Below, in pieces: positions 51,593 through 62,408 of a DNA stretch of 64,000 nucleotides; positions within the stretch are counted from its first letter, which is position 1, and every line of letters begins with the position of its first letter. The position numbers and the translations under genes were made by a program. The notes beneath the pieces are model-generated. The model was given only the letters and a program-made list of their open reading frames with translations. It made no database searches and had not been told where the DNA came from. Source of the DNA: Macrostomum lignano (taxonomy: Eukaryota); assembly GCA_002269645.1 (NCBI GenBank), contig NIVC01000137.1:625177-689176 (forward strand). The letters run 5' to 3'.

Positions 51593-54500
51593 ATGGGCTG
51601 CTGCATCAGTGCCATTGCTTGCTGCTTCTGCAGTTCAGCTGCTTCTCTTTGCTGCACTTGTTTGCCTTCGTGCAAAAGCAGCACCTCAAGTAGAATTATG
51701 TACTCCTTGATTTTTCTATTAGGAGCCGCTCTGTGCTGCATCATGCTTATTCCTGACCTAGACAAAACGCTGCAAAAAATACCAGCTTTATGCGACAACT
51801 ACAAAATTGACACTCAGATTGGGCAGATTGACACCAAAATCTATTCGGGATTCAAATGCTACCTGGTCATTGGCTATGGAGCCGTGTACAGGGTGGCCTT
51901 TGGCATGACCTGCTTCTTTGTGCTCTTTGCACTCCTGATGATAAAGGTCAGTTGTTGAATTTTGCATCTTTTTATAGTTTACTATTTTAGTTTTAACTTA
52001 AGCTTCCTTTGCCTTAAAGCTGAAGAAATTCCTGTGGGATTTCCCTTTCCTGCGGGATTTTCCTTTCCTGTGAGATTTCCCTTTCCTGCGTGATTTCCCT
52101 TTCCTGCGTGATTTCCCTTTCCTGTGAGATTTCCCTTTCCTGTGGGATTTCCCTTTTTGTAGGATTCCCCTTTCCTGTGGGATTTCCCTTGTAGGATTTC
52201 CCTTTCCTGTGAGATTTACCTTTCTTGTGGGATTTCCCTTTCCTGTGGGATTTCTCTTATCTCTGGAATTTCCTTTACCTGTGGGATTTACCTTTCCTGT
52301 GGGATTTCCCTTACGTTTGGGATTTCCCTTTCCTGCGGGATTTATTTTTATTATCGTATTTCCTTATCCTACATGGGATTTTTCTTATGGGATTTCCTTT
52401 ATGGTATTTCTCTTTCCTGTGGAATTTTTCATTTTATTGATTAACCTGTTGTGGTGGGATTTACCTTTTTTAGGATTACTTTTGGGATATCCTTTAAATA
52501 TGATTTTCTTACTTGTTGTAACATATCATGCTACCTTTTAGGTGGAAAGCTCGAAAGATCCTCGATCTAAAATTCAAAACGGCTTCTGGTTTTTTAAGCT
52601 TCTAATTCTAATTGGCCTGTGGGTTGGGGCGTTTTTTATCCCAGCGGAATCGGCTTTCATCAGCGTCTGGATGGTGATCGGCATGATTGGCGGCTTTCTG
52701 TTCATCCTGATCCAGCTAGTGCTGCTTATTGATTTCGCGCACTGCTGGAACGAGGCCTGGACCAAGTCGTACGAGGAGAGCGAGAATCGTTGCTACTATA
52801 TTGGCTTGCTGATCTTCAGCATTCTGTTCTTTGTGCTGGCTCTGGCTCTCACCATTCTGCTGTACGTGTTTTATGCTAGCGATGCCAGCTGCCACATGAG
52901 CAAAGCGTTCGTGTCTGTTAATTTGATTTTGTGCATCTTGGTTACCGGCCTGTCTGTGCTGCCTAAAGTTCAGGTAAGAGTTTTATTATTGTTCATTTTT
53001 TAACTCAAAGGACTCATAGCAACCGTGATGTACTTCTAGGACTCCTATAGCAACCGTGATGTACTTCTAGGACTCCTATAGCAACCGTGATGTGCTTCTA
53101 GGACTACTATAGCAACCGTAATATACTTCTAGGACTCCCATAGCAACCGTGATGTACGTCTATAACTCCCATAGCAACAGTCATATACCTCTAGGATTTC
53201 CATAGCAACAGTCATGTACTCTAGGACTCCCATAGCAACCGTGATGTACCTCTAGGATTTCCATAGCAACAGTCATGTACCCCTAGGATTTCCATAGCAA
53301 CAGTCATGTACCTCTAGGATTTCCATGGCAACAGTCCCCTATTGGAATAAGTTTTCAGACACTGTGGACAGTGCATCTAGTGCGCCATGGCAATCATAAA
53401 GTGGCCTGGACGGTGCGTCATGACAATCTTCAAATCCTAAGGTGGTATGGACGCCATAGTCAGGAAGGTGGCAGAGTGTGCGCCGGAACAAATTTTGGCC
53501 TCTCCCAAAATTGTGCGCCGTGCGCCGACACAAAAACCCTCGTGTGCGCCGTTGTGCGCCTGCCACTACCTGCCTTGCGACAATAAAAGACCTTTTTTTA
53601 CAACATAGCAACAATTTTTGTGCGCCAATATACGGGACGGTTACGGGCTATCTATATTATATTATGAGAAATTGAGATCGTTAAACCGAAAATAGAAATT
53701 TAAAAAATTTTTAATTAAATTTCTTATTTTTAAAACAAAACAAACATAAAAAGTAAGCAAATGGCAAAAACAAAGGTAAAAAGGAAAAGGAAAATATTTT
53801 ATTTTATTTTTTATTTTTTGGTAGAATGCAGTGTTACATTAGATAGAACAGTGAATAGTGTACTGTAACAAGTAATGACTTACATCGTTACATGGGATCG
53901 CCACAAGGGTAACGCTGCATGTGGCGCGGCGCCCGCCGCGCCGCGCCGCCATGCGCCGGTGTCCTCTGGTATGCGCCGTTGTGCGCCACTGTGCGCCAGT
54001 GCGCGTTTACAAGTTTACAAGTTTTACTTACAGTTTGCTGAATTTCCACCGTGCTGCTGACTTTCTCCTGTGCATGCTTCTCATCCTTGTTCAGCAGCGC
54101 TGTATGTAGCGCGTGATGTCCTCCTTGCATCTTACCTGTGAGCTGCTGTGCGTCATGGCGCATGGCGCGCGTAGCGCGCCATGCGCCATGACTATGAGGA
54201 AAAAGAAAAAGTGCGCCGGACGCTGTCCGCGAAAATACCACTTATTCCAATAGGGCAACAGTCATGTACCTCTAGGATTTCCATAGCAACAATCATGTAC
54301 CTCTAGGATTTCCATAGCAACAGTCATGTACCTCTAGGATTTCCATAGCAACAATCATGTACATGTACCTCTAGGATTTACATAGCAACAGTCATGTACC
54401 TCTAGGATTTCCTTAGCAACAATCATGTACCTCTAGGGTTTCCATAGCAACAGTCATGTACCTCTAGGATTTCCTTAGCAACAATCATGTACCTCTAGGG

Positions 54501-54934
54501 TTTCCATAGCAACAGTTATGTACCTCTAGGATTTACATAGCAACCCTCATGATTATATAAAAATAATTTTAAGAAGCTTAACTACAATTTAGCTTTTCTT
54601 TCATTGACGTCACCGTCCGCAGGACCACCAGCGATCGGGCATCCTGCAGAGCGGCCTAATCAGCCTGTACGTGATGTACCTGACCTGGTCCGCCGTCACC
54701 TCTGTGCCTGAGAAAGCCTGCAATCCCACTCTGGAGATGGTTAACTACACGATGGTTCCTCCAACCTCGTCTAGTGGTTCAACAACTACGGCCGCTCCGC
54801 CCGTTACCGGGGACTCTGTGGTTGCCCAATTTAACTGGGAGACAGGTGTCAGTCTGGCAATCTTCCTTATCTTGGTGATCTATTCTTCGATCCGGACTGC
54901 TGCCCATAGCAATGTTGGCAAACTCGGTCTCCAG
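51593..54934 (+). CDS. SERINC: Serine incorporator (SERINC/TDE family), partial; join(51593-51946,52542-52973,54623-54934), remaining exons downstream
   Basis: MGCCISAIACCFCSSAASLCC.CLPSCKSSTSSR, AVYRVAFG, SKDPRSKIQNGFWFFK, LVLLIDFAHCWNE, RSGILQSGLISLYVMYLTWSA..CNP are family hallmarks; phase-0 GT-AG introns; the C-terminal YSYSFFH-type region was not found in the window. Confidence 0.95.
52028..52495. repeat. 19-20-bp minisatellite (CCTGTGGGATTTCCCTTT) in SERINC intron
   Basis: Tandem units that decay toward the 3' end. Confidence 0.9.
53010..54545. repeat. About 31-bp minisatellite (CTCTAGGATTTCCATAGCAACAGTCATGTAC) split by a MITE
   Basis: Arrays at 53010-53336 and 54256-54545. Confidence 0.9.
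53337..54255. mobile_element. Non-autonomous DNA transposon, 919 bp, 15-bp perfect TIR, 8-bp TSD
   Basis: TIR CCCTATTGGAATAAG / CTTATTCCAATAGGG; TSD CAACAGTC at 53329-53336 and 54256-54263; many subterminal TGCGCC motifs. Confidence 0.92.
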
Positions 54935-55039
54935 GTGAGTGTTGGTGTCTTTGTGACATGTTTTTCTGTTTTATGATCTAACCATTGATGTTATTTTAAA
55001 AATACGCTATTATGATCCAGTGTCATATAATAGGCGAAG

Positions 55040-56185
55040 TGCCATTTTGGTAGTTAAAAGCCATTTGGATAGTCAAAGTGCCGTTTTGAAAGTCAAAGTG
55101 CCATTTTGATAGTCAGAGCGGCATTTTGATAGTCAAAGTGCCATTTTGATAGTCAAAGTGCCATTTTGATTGTCAAAGCGCCATTTTTATCGTTAAAGCG
55201 CCATTTTGATAGTCAAAGTGCCATTTTGATAGTCAGAGCGCCATTTTAATAGTCAGAGCGCCATTTTGATAGTCAAAGTGCCATTTTGATAGTCAAAGCG
55301 CCATTTTGATAGTCAGAGCGCCATTTTGATAGTCAAAGCGCCATTTTGATAGTCAAAGTGCCGTTTTGATAGTCAAAGTGCCCCTTTGAATGTCAAAGTG
55401 CCATTTTGATAGTCAAAGTACCATTTTAATAGTGAAAATGCCATTTTGATAGTCAAAGTGCCATTTTAATGGTGAAACTGCCATTTTGATAGTCAGAGCG
55501 CCATTTTGATAGTCAAAGTGCCATTTTGATAGTAAAAGTGCCATTTTGATAGTCAGAGCGCCATTTTGATAGTCAGAGCGCCATTTTGATAGTCAAAGTT
55601 CCATTTTGATAGTCAAAGTTCCATTTTGATAGTCAAAGTGCCATTTTGATAGTCAAAGCGCCATTTTGATAGTCAGAGCGCCATTTTGATAGTCAAAGCG
55701 CCATTTTGATAGTCAAAGTGCCGTTTTGATAGTCAAAGTGCCCCTTTGAATGTCAAAGTTCCATTTTGATAGTCCGAGCGCCATTTTGATAGTCAAAGTG
55801 CCATTTTATTAGTGAAAATGCCATTTTGATAGTCAAAGTGCCATTTTGATAGTCAAAGTTCCATTTTAATAGTGAAAATGCCATTTTGATAGTCAGAGCG
55901 CCATTTTGATAGTCAGAGCGCCATTTTGATAGTCAAAGTGCCATTTTGACAGTCAAAGCGCCATTTTGATAGTCCAAGTGCCGTTTTGAATGTCAAAGTG
56001 CCATTTTGATAGTCAAAGTGCCATTTTGATAGTCAAAGTGCCATTTTGATAGTCAGCGCCATTTTGATAGTCAAAGTGCCATTTTGATAGTAAAAGTGCC
56101 ATTTTGATAGTCAGAGCGCCATTTTGATAGTCAAAGTGCCATTTTAATAGTGAAAATGCCATTTTGATAGGCAAAGTGCCATTTA
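55040..56185. repeat. 20-bp minisatellite (GCCATTTTGATAGTCAAAGT)
   Basis: About 55 tandem units in a SERINC intron. Confidence 0.97.
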
Positions 56186-56324
56186 ATTGGTAGAGTTATG
56201 TTGGTTTAACATTACTTTTAACCTCCATTACCATTATAATTAGAAGAGCCATTTTAGTCAACAGTATCATATTTAATTTAAGAAACGCCATTCCATAACG
56301 TATTTAATTACTTTTGCCTTGCAG

Positions 56325-56339
56325 ACAAGAAGTGAACAG
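56325..56339 (+). CDS. Candidate 15-nt SERINC microexon (TRSEQ)
   Basis: TTTTGCCTTGCAG|ACAAGAAGTGAACAG|GTAAAC; phase 0-0, compatible with the preceding exon. Confidence 0.45.
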
Positions 56340-57569
56340 GTAAACTTAGCGTCGAAGGATGTTTTTCAAAAAATCAAATTTTGCTTCTTCTGTACTTGCA
56401 CCTGTCACATTTCAAAAGCTGCAGCATTTCTATGCCTTTGATATGCTGTTTTCTCTCTGTCACTTAATGAATTTTCTGTCTGAGTAAATTAAATTTTTTA
56501 AAAATTATTCTTCCGTATAACAAACAGAGCACATCGATAATAAAAAATGAAATAATACTTAGAGAAAGTAGTGCTTCGTTTTAATAACAATGTAGAATTA
56601 AAAAAATGTTAACAAATTTTAACGGAAAACTTTATGAAACTGTGTAAAATAAGTGTTAATGTATGATCTAATTTGTACTGGTAGGAGTATTTTTAACTGT
56701 CGCCTTTAAAAAAACTTTAGAAGATTTCTAAATGCACATTTTATAACCAGTAGAACAAGCTAACAGAGTCTTGAGTGTGTAAAATAAAGTTTCAAGCATT
56801 TTTCGATAGAAGCATAGTGTTTAAAAAGAAAAGCAACCCTAAATGTATTAGGAGTAGTACTTTTTAATAACCTAATAACCAGTGGTAAAAAATCACTGGT
56901 AGCCTATCAGTTACCAGTGCTGATAAGTTCGATTTTACGAAGCACTGATAAAAGATTTTGCTTGGTTGATATATAAGTAGCTCGCTTGCTACCAAATTTG
57001 GAAGTTGGCCCATAGACAAATAAAACGAAAGTCGCGACAAGTAGAAAGGGACAAGGAATTGTCTCTTAAAATTTGCTTCGTATTTCTCCATTTCTGAGTG
57101 GAAAGAGCTCACTAGCTTTCTTGGTTCGCCACTGTGACTCAATAGTCAATACTCAATAGTTCTTAAACTGTGACTCCACAGTTGAAGAAGGCCCATAATT
57201 TTGATATTTATCCTGTTTCGAGGGTGGATTAAAATTTGCTTGATTTTATCTACGATTTCTTACCAGTGGTAGACTGATAAGAGCTTCGTAAAATTGGATT
57301 CAGCACCTCTGCCACACAAAATTGTCTATATGGTTATCGATGGTTGATGAGTGGTAAAAAAACAGTGCTTTGTAAAATGGAGATAGAAAAATACCACTGG
57401 TTCCCTGGTAATTACCAGTGGTAAGTGCTTCGTAAAATTGGCCATTGAGATAACATATTCATCAACTAAAACTCTATAGATCATAGACAAAATCTTTATT
57501 TTTAATCTCTCGAGGGGGGAGGCCCAGGGGTGGATTTCATGATTTCAAACTTCATGAAATTTGTCCCCG

Positions 57570-58145
57570 CCTGGCTGTCGTAATCCGGTTTTCATCCGGA
57601 GCGACATCCGGAATTTCATCCGGTACGTAATACAAATGTCCCATTTAAAAACCGGATGAGAGCCGGATGAAAAGTTTACAAACAGGATGAAAACATGCAT
57701 ATTTGACCTTTCATCCGGGTGTTCAACCAACATTAGTCCGGAAATTCATCCGGGAAGCTATCCGGAAAGCCGCGGAGAACAGGGCGGAGCAAATTCCGGA
57801 GCGAATCCGGACGAAATGTATGCACGCCTCCACCGGATGAGAAACCGGACGAAGTTCCGGATGAATGCCGGATCAAATGTATGCACGCCTCCACCGGATG
57901 AGAAACCGGACGAAATTCCGGATGAATGCCGGATCAAATGTATGCACGCCTCCACCGGATGAGAAACCGGACGAAATTCCGGATGAATGCCGGATCAAAT
58001 GTATGCACGCCTCCACCGGATGAGAAACCGGACGAAATTCCGGATGAATGCCGGATCAAATGTATGCACGCCTCCACCGGATGAGAAACCGGACGAAATT
58101 CCGGATGAATGCCAGATCAAATATATGCACATGTCTACCGGATGG
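57570..58145. repeat. CCGG-rich repeat block with 61-bp tandem units (57818-58145) and inverted ATCCGG motifs on the left
   Basis: Unit GTATGCACGCCTCCACCGGATGAGAAACCGGACGAAATTCCGGATGAATGCCGGATCAAAT starts at 57818, 57879, 57940, 58001, 58062. Confidence 0.9.
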
Positions 58146-59034
58146 TAAAGCAGATGACATGTTAAAGAACTAAGTAAGGTTGACAACAAGACGAAATCTT
58201 TTGAAAACGTAAGAAAACAAATTGCTGGAAACACCTCAAAGAAAGCAAGGTATATTGCACTTGCACAGAGGGTGGCCAACCTCTAATTCACTGTGCTGGA
58301 TAGAGTAGTGGAAGCTGAATATATTGAAACCGAAGATAACTTTTAAAGTTGCGTGTCGCTAAAAATGCAAATACACAAGACATGCTTGAGTCAAAAATAG
58401 AATGGCAAAACCTCACATTGGGTGGACAAATCAGGAGAAATGGAGAATGAGACGACACACTGTCTTTTGGGCGGCTACAAATTAGTACCAGGCAGAAAAA
58501 CTAGAAATTTCACAGAAGAAAAACTTCAAGCTACACGAAGAAACAGGCGCAGAAAAAAAAACTCACTTATAAAATTGGGGACAACAGAAAAAATAGCGAC
58601 ATATACATTTTCCATACTGGGAGTGAAACAGAAAGTGTCAACAGAAAACCAGAAACGCAGACCCGAGGGCGATATTACCTATCTGCAGAACAGTGATTAC
58701 TGTACACGTTAGTAACGTTAAGTAACGTTACTGTTCTAAAACACCCACCATGATGTACAGATTGCAGGCGATGGGTACATCGTGCACTTTACATACTGCA
58801 GAATTTTTGAGGAATTTTTGTCCTAATGATATGCAACTGTCTAATCGAGCACATGCTCTTAAGACCCCTAGGCGCTACATATTTGATTCGTGACCAATAG
58901 CTAAGTTGCAGTCGCAGAAGCAGTAGTGTCATGAGCATATTCGCGCCACGCCGCGGCCACTGGCAATGGCACACGGCTCCCTCTTATATCCTATAGTCTG
59001 CGACAAAACGACTGGCCCACGACTATATAGCCTA

Positions 59035-61194
59035 CTATCCCATCAGGGAAAGTAGCATATCTTCCGCATTGTCCACATCGCCGGCCGGACGCTGACTTGT
59101 GGGCCCAACCTCTGCGAAGACAGCTCTGGCCTGGTCAAAGATCGCGCTAGCGGGGGCATTGTCCGAGTCAGCGGCGACTTCTTCCGCCTCACTCGTCGGT
59201 CCGATTATGCGCACAATCGTACCCACGTCTTCGTGTCTGCCTGTCCCCCGTTTAGCCGAGCTGCCTGGCCCTGATTGGGCAGAGCCGCCTCGCCGTGGCT
59301 TGGCAGTCTTTGTACCAGGCCGACCGTTTAGTGTGCCACGGGTGCGCTTTGGCATCCCCAGTCTTTCCCGTGCAGTTTCACCGCAGCGCGTAAACGCGCG
59401 CTGCAGCTCTGCAGAAGTGTACTGCACGGCAGCATTGGCAAGCCACTGCTTGGCGGCGGCTAGCTTTCCGGGATTTGCCGGCACTGAGATGTAGCCGCAA
59501 GCCTTGCGACCTGACAGGCTACTGTTCGCCAGCTCGGTGTCAGTAAAAATGGCCCTGAAAAGGGCCCTGATCGTCGCCAGTCGGGCCGATCGGCGCGCTA
59601 AAAGAAGCTCAGTCTCGTCGCGCTCATCGAGATCGACGCCTTCCATCATCGCCTTTTGCAGGTCGGCTAGGCGGCTGTCCAGTTCGGATCGGAGCTGCAC
59701 CGACGTTTTTAGATACGGTTGCTTGTCGGACAGTGACACTGTGCCACCTGACAGCAGACTAGCCGACGATGGACCCGCCTTGTTACAGGTGAGCAGTAAC
59801 TGGCGAGTCTGGGACGCCGACAGCTCGCAATTAGCATCAAAGGCGCCACCTCCGGGGTCCGCCAGCGCGTCATCGCCAGCGTCAGAAGCCGTGCTGTCCG
59901 ACTCCACTGGACCTGGCTGGCAGCCAGAAGCTGGGATCGCTGCTGCGTCTGCAGACTGTGGCACCATACACTGTGAGGCCCGAACGATTAGCGCGTTAGC
60001 AGTCTTTACATTCCGTTCCAGGTTGGTGAACTTCGTACGTTCCTGATCTAATTGTCGCAAGAGCTTTGCTTCCATCTTCTGTGCCACGACTGCCTTCTGC
60101 TGCAGAACTTTTATCTCTTCTCGCAATTGGGCTTCAGTGACGCGGGCTGCCCGAACCTCGGAACCTGAAATATTGGTTTATTCAATACCCTAGACTACCA
60201 ATGACCGGATGTACGTATATGTATACAAACAAAACATGTATGTATGTATGTATGTATGCTAACATGTACACATGCACTACGGCAGAACCTCTGTATACTC
60301 ACCTTGTGCATTAGTGAGTGTCTTGGCCCTTTGCAACTCGAGAAGGAGTCCTTTGCAGGACACGCAAGCTCGGGGGAGCTCCGTCGGCTGAGCGTGGACG
60401 TTAGTCAAGCTTGCGGCTCCAGAGGCTTCGGCTTTATTAGAAAATGGTCCCCGTACAAGCCTCCCTGGGTATCGCTTTGCGGTCTTTCGGTTGGTCTTCG
60501 CCGTGACAATGCAGACGCGACAGCCTACTTGTACGGGAATAGCCGATTCCCGCGCAACGGCAACAATAAGCGGTGCTGCCGTGGATCCATCAGTGCCGAC
60601 AACTTGGGTCTTGTCAAGATAGTCGTCATATTGAAAAAGGAAGTACCGCTGCGTCCTCTCTGCTTTGTACGGCACCATATCAGGCGACGGATTGCAACCT
60701 GCAGCTGTTGCGCCAGCCTGCAGAGCAGTAGTCGCAGCATCCGGCGGTTGGGAGTCACCTGCAGTCGTCACCTCAGCCTGCAGTGCAGTAGTCGCAGCAT
60801 CCGGCGGTTGGGTGTCACCTGCAGTCGTCACCTCAGCCTGCAGTGCAGTAGCTGTAGCACCTGGCGGTTGGGTGTCACCTGCAGTCGTCACCTCAGCCTG
60901 CAGTGCAGTAGCTGTAGCACCTGGCGGTTGGTTGTCACCTGCAGTCGTCACCTCAGCCTGCAGTGCAGTAGCTGTAGCATCTGGCGGTTGGGTGTCACCT
61001 GTAGCCGTCAAGCCAGCCTGCAGAACAGTAGCCGCAGAATCTGGCGGTTGGGTCTCCCTTGCAGCCGTCCCTTTCTTGCAAGCCACCAAAGAGACCTTGG
61101 CCGCCACCTTTTTTACACTTGGGCGGTGTCGTTTGACCGGCATGTCGGCTTTCTGTTTTGCTGCGGTGCGTTTACGTGCGGTGGCTTCATGCAT
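59035..61194 (-). CDS. Coiled-coil + BEN-domain protein, about 673 aa; complement(join(59035-60164,60303-61194))
   Basis: Donor CAAG|GTGAGT and acceptor TTTCAG|GT join the 305-aa and 363-aa ORFs in frame (phase 1, 138-bp intron); BEN-like TIRALFRAIFTDTELANSSLSGR..NPGKLAAAKQWL..LQRAFTRCGETAR; coiled coil LREEIKVLQQK..LERNVK; basic NLS-like segments. Confidence 0.75.
60700..61050 (-). repeat. 60-bp coding tandem repeat (TAGDTQPPDATATALQAEVT) in the BEN gene
   Basis: About 5-6 in-frame 20-aa units. Confidence 0.9.
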
Positions 61195-61661
61195 AGTCGC
61201 TCTGGAAAGACGTTTAGATAACCAAAGTTGCTTTGGGGCAGAACAGCATCAGAAATTTCTTAATGAGGTGACGTTAATCTTTTCATTAATGAGGTTAATG
61301 AGGTGACGTTTAGTTAGCGTACTAAACTTTTTACACAGACGAGATAGGAGTTAAGAGCATTCTTAAAACTAAAAGGTTTTGTACTACAACCCCATAGACC
61401 ACAAGCGTTAAAGATCGTAGGACGCAATGTTATGAAAGAAAGTAATGAAACAAATGTCTGGAAACATCTTAGAGAACAAAATTGACACACGTTGCATTAC
61501 ACATGCACAGAGGGCCAACCTCTAATGTATTTTGCATAAAAGTTCGATAAAGTTTCGATATAAGTTCTGCAGCAGAAGGCAGTCGTGGCACAAAAGATGG
61601 AAGCAGAGCTCTTGCGACAATTAGATCGGGAACATTCGAAGTTCACTATTACTTCATTACT

Positions 61662-62408
61662 TCATAACTTCACGAAACATACTTCTTTAGTTTTAAAATA
61701 GAAAAGCCTGTCCCCGCTTAGCAGTCCATTGTAACTACAGATCTCACGGCTTCTTCTGGGGGCCTCTTTCGGTAAGACGGATATGTCGCGCAGAGGGCGC
61801 CGTCGACGCTTGCCGACCTTCATGTGCTCCAGGGGAGCAGGCGGCGGGCTGGGTGGCATGTCAATGGCAAAGAAGTTCGGGGCCTGCAGGATTGTACGAT
61901 GCCGGTGACGACCATGACTCTGCAACCGCCTGTCCCGTTCTTCTGGGGGCAGAGCCCCATACCAATCCGCACAGTCTGGACAGCACTGGGCAGGTAGGCG
62001 TCTTCTTTCGTCTCGGCGGCGCGACTCATAAGATGGGGGGGCCTCGTCAGGCAGTCTGTTATAGTCTTCTAGGGTGTACCGACCTGCGCCGGGCTGTTGA
62101 AGGCTTGCGCTAGAGCTAGGCAGACATGGCGACGATGGCAGGACGGAGTAGCCAGGACCTTCTTTGCATGCAGCTTGCGTGCTGCATGCGACAGGGGACG
62201 ACGGACCCAGCAATGACGGTGACATAACGTCGCCGTCGGGTGAGACCTCAGGAGTCCACTTTGGCGGCGGCGACCCAGCCACCGTGGTCTCGTCGCCACT
62301 GGAGCGGTCATCGAGGTCACCAAGCACGGAATCTGGAATGACAGTATCGAGCAGCTTGGACCAGTCGATGACGGCCTGCTCGCTCGCTCGCTTGGATTTG
62401 CTCGACAT
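61662..62408 (-). CDS. CtIP/Sae2/Ctp1-like C-terminal domain protein (248 aa), no N-terminal coiled coil
   Basis: RRRDERRRLPAQCCPDCADWYGALPPEERDRRLQSHGRHRHR..PNFFAIDMP follows the CtIP C-terminal pattern R..ER..L....C..C..YY..P.EER...L...SRHR....P.NFW...FP (reference recalled from memory, not searched); acceptor-like CTGCAG just upstream of the ATG. Confidence 0.75.
   Translation of the reverse strand: MSSKSKRASEQAVIDWSKLLDTVIPDSVLGDLDDRSSGDETTVAGSPPPKWTPEVSPDGDVMSPSLLGPSSPVACSTQAACKEGPGYSVLPSSPCLPSSSASLQQPGAGRYTLEDYNRLPDEAPPSYESRRRDERRRLPAQCCPDCADWYGALPPEERDRRLQSHGRHRHRTILQAPNFFAIDMPPSPPPAPLEHMKVGKRRRRPLRDISVLPKEAPRRSREICSYNGLLSGDRLFYFKTKEVCFVKL

Noticed and set aside
52209-52541. Hydrophobic 110-aa ORF inside SERINC
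   Set aside because: Intronic minisatellite read-through; the SERINC exons splice in phase around it
56926-57568. Short inverted motifs (ATTTTACGAAGCACT; GGGG..ATTTCATG) as Harbinger-type ends of the BEN/CtIP carrier
   Set aside because: Fragmentary, no TSD, and no matching end found on the other side of the cassette within the window
55040-58145. CRISPR-like appearance of regular repeats
   Set aside because: Units are head-to-tail without unique spacers, there are no cas genes, and the context is eukaryotic
59099-61306. Plus-strand ORFs of 131, 180, 325 and 213 aa
   Set aside because: Antisense shadows of the GC-rich BEN gene and its 60-bp repeats
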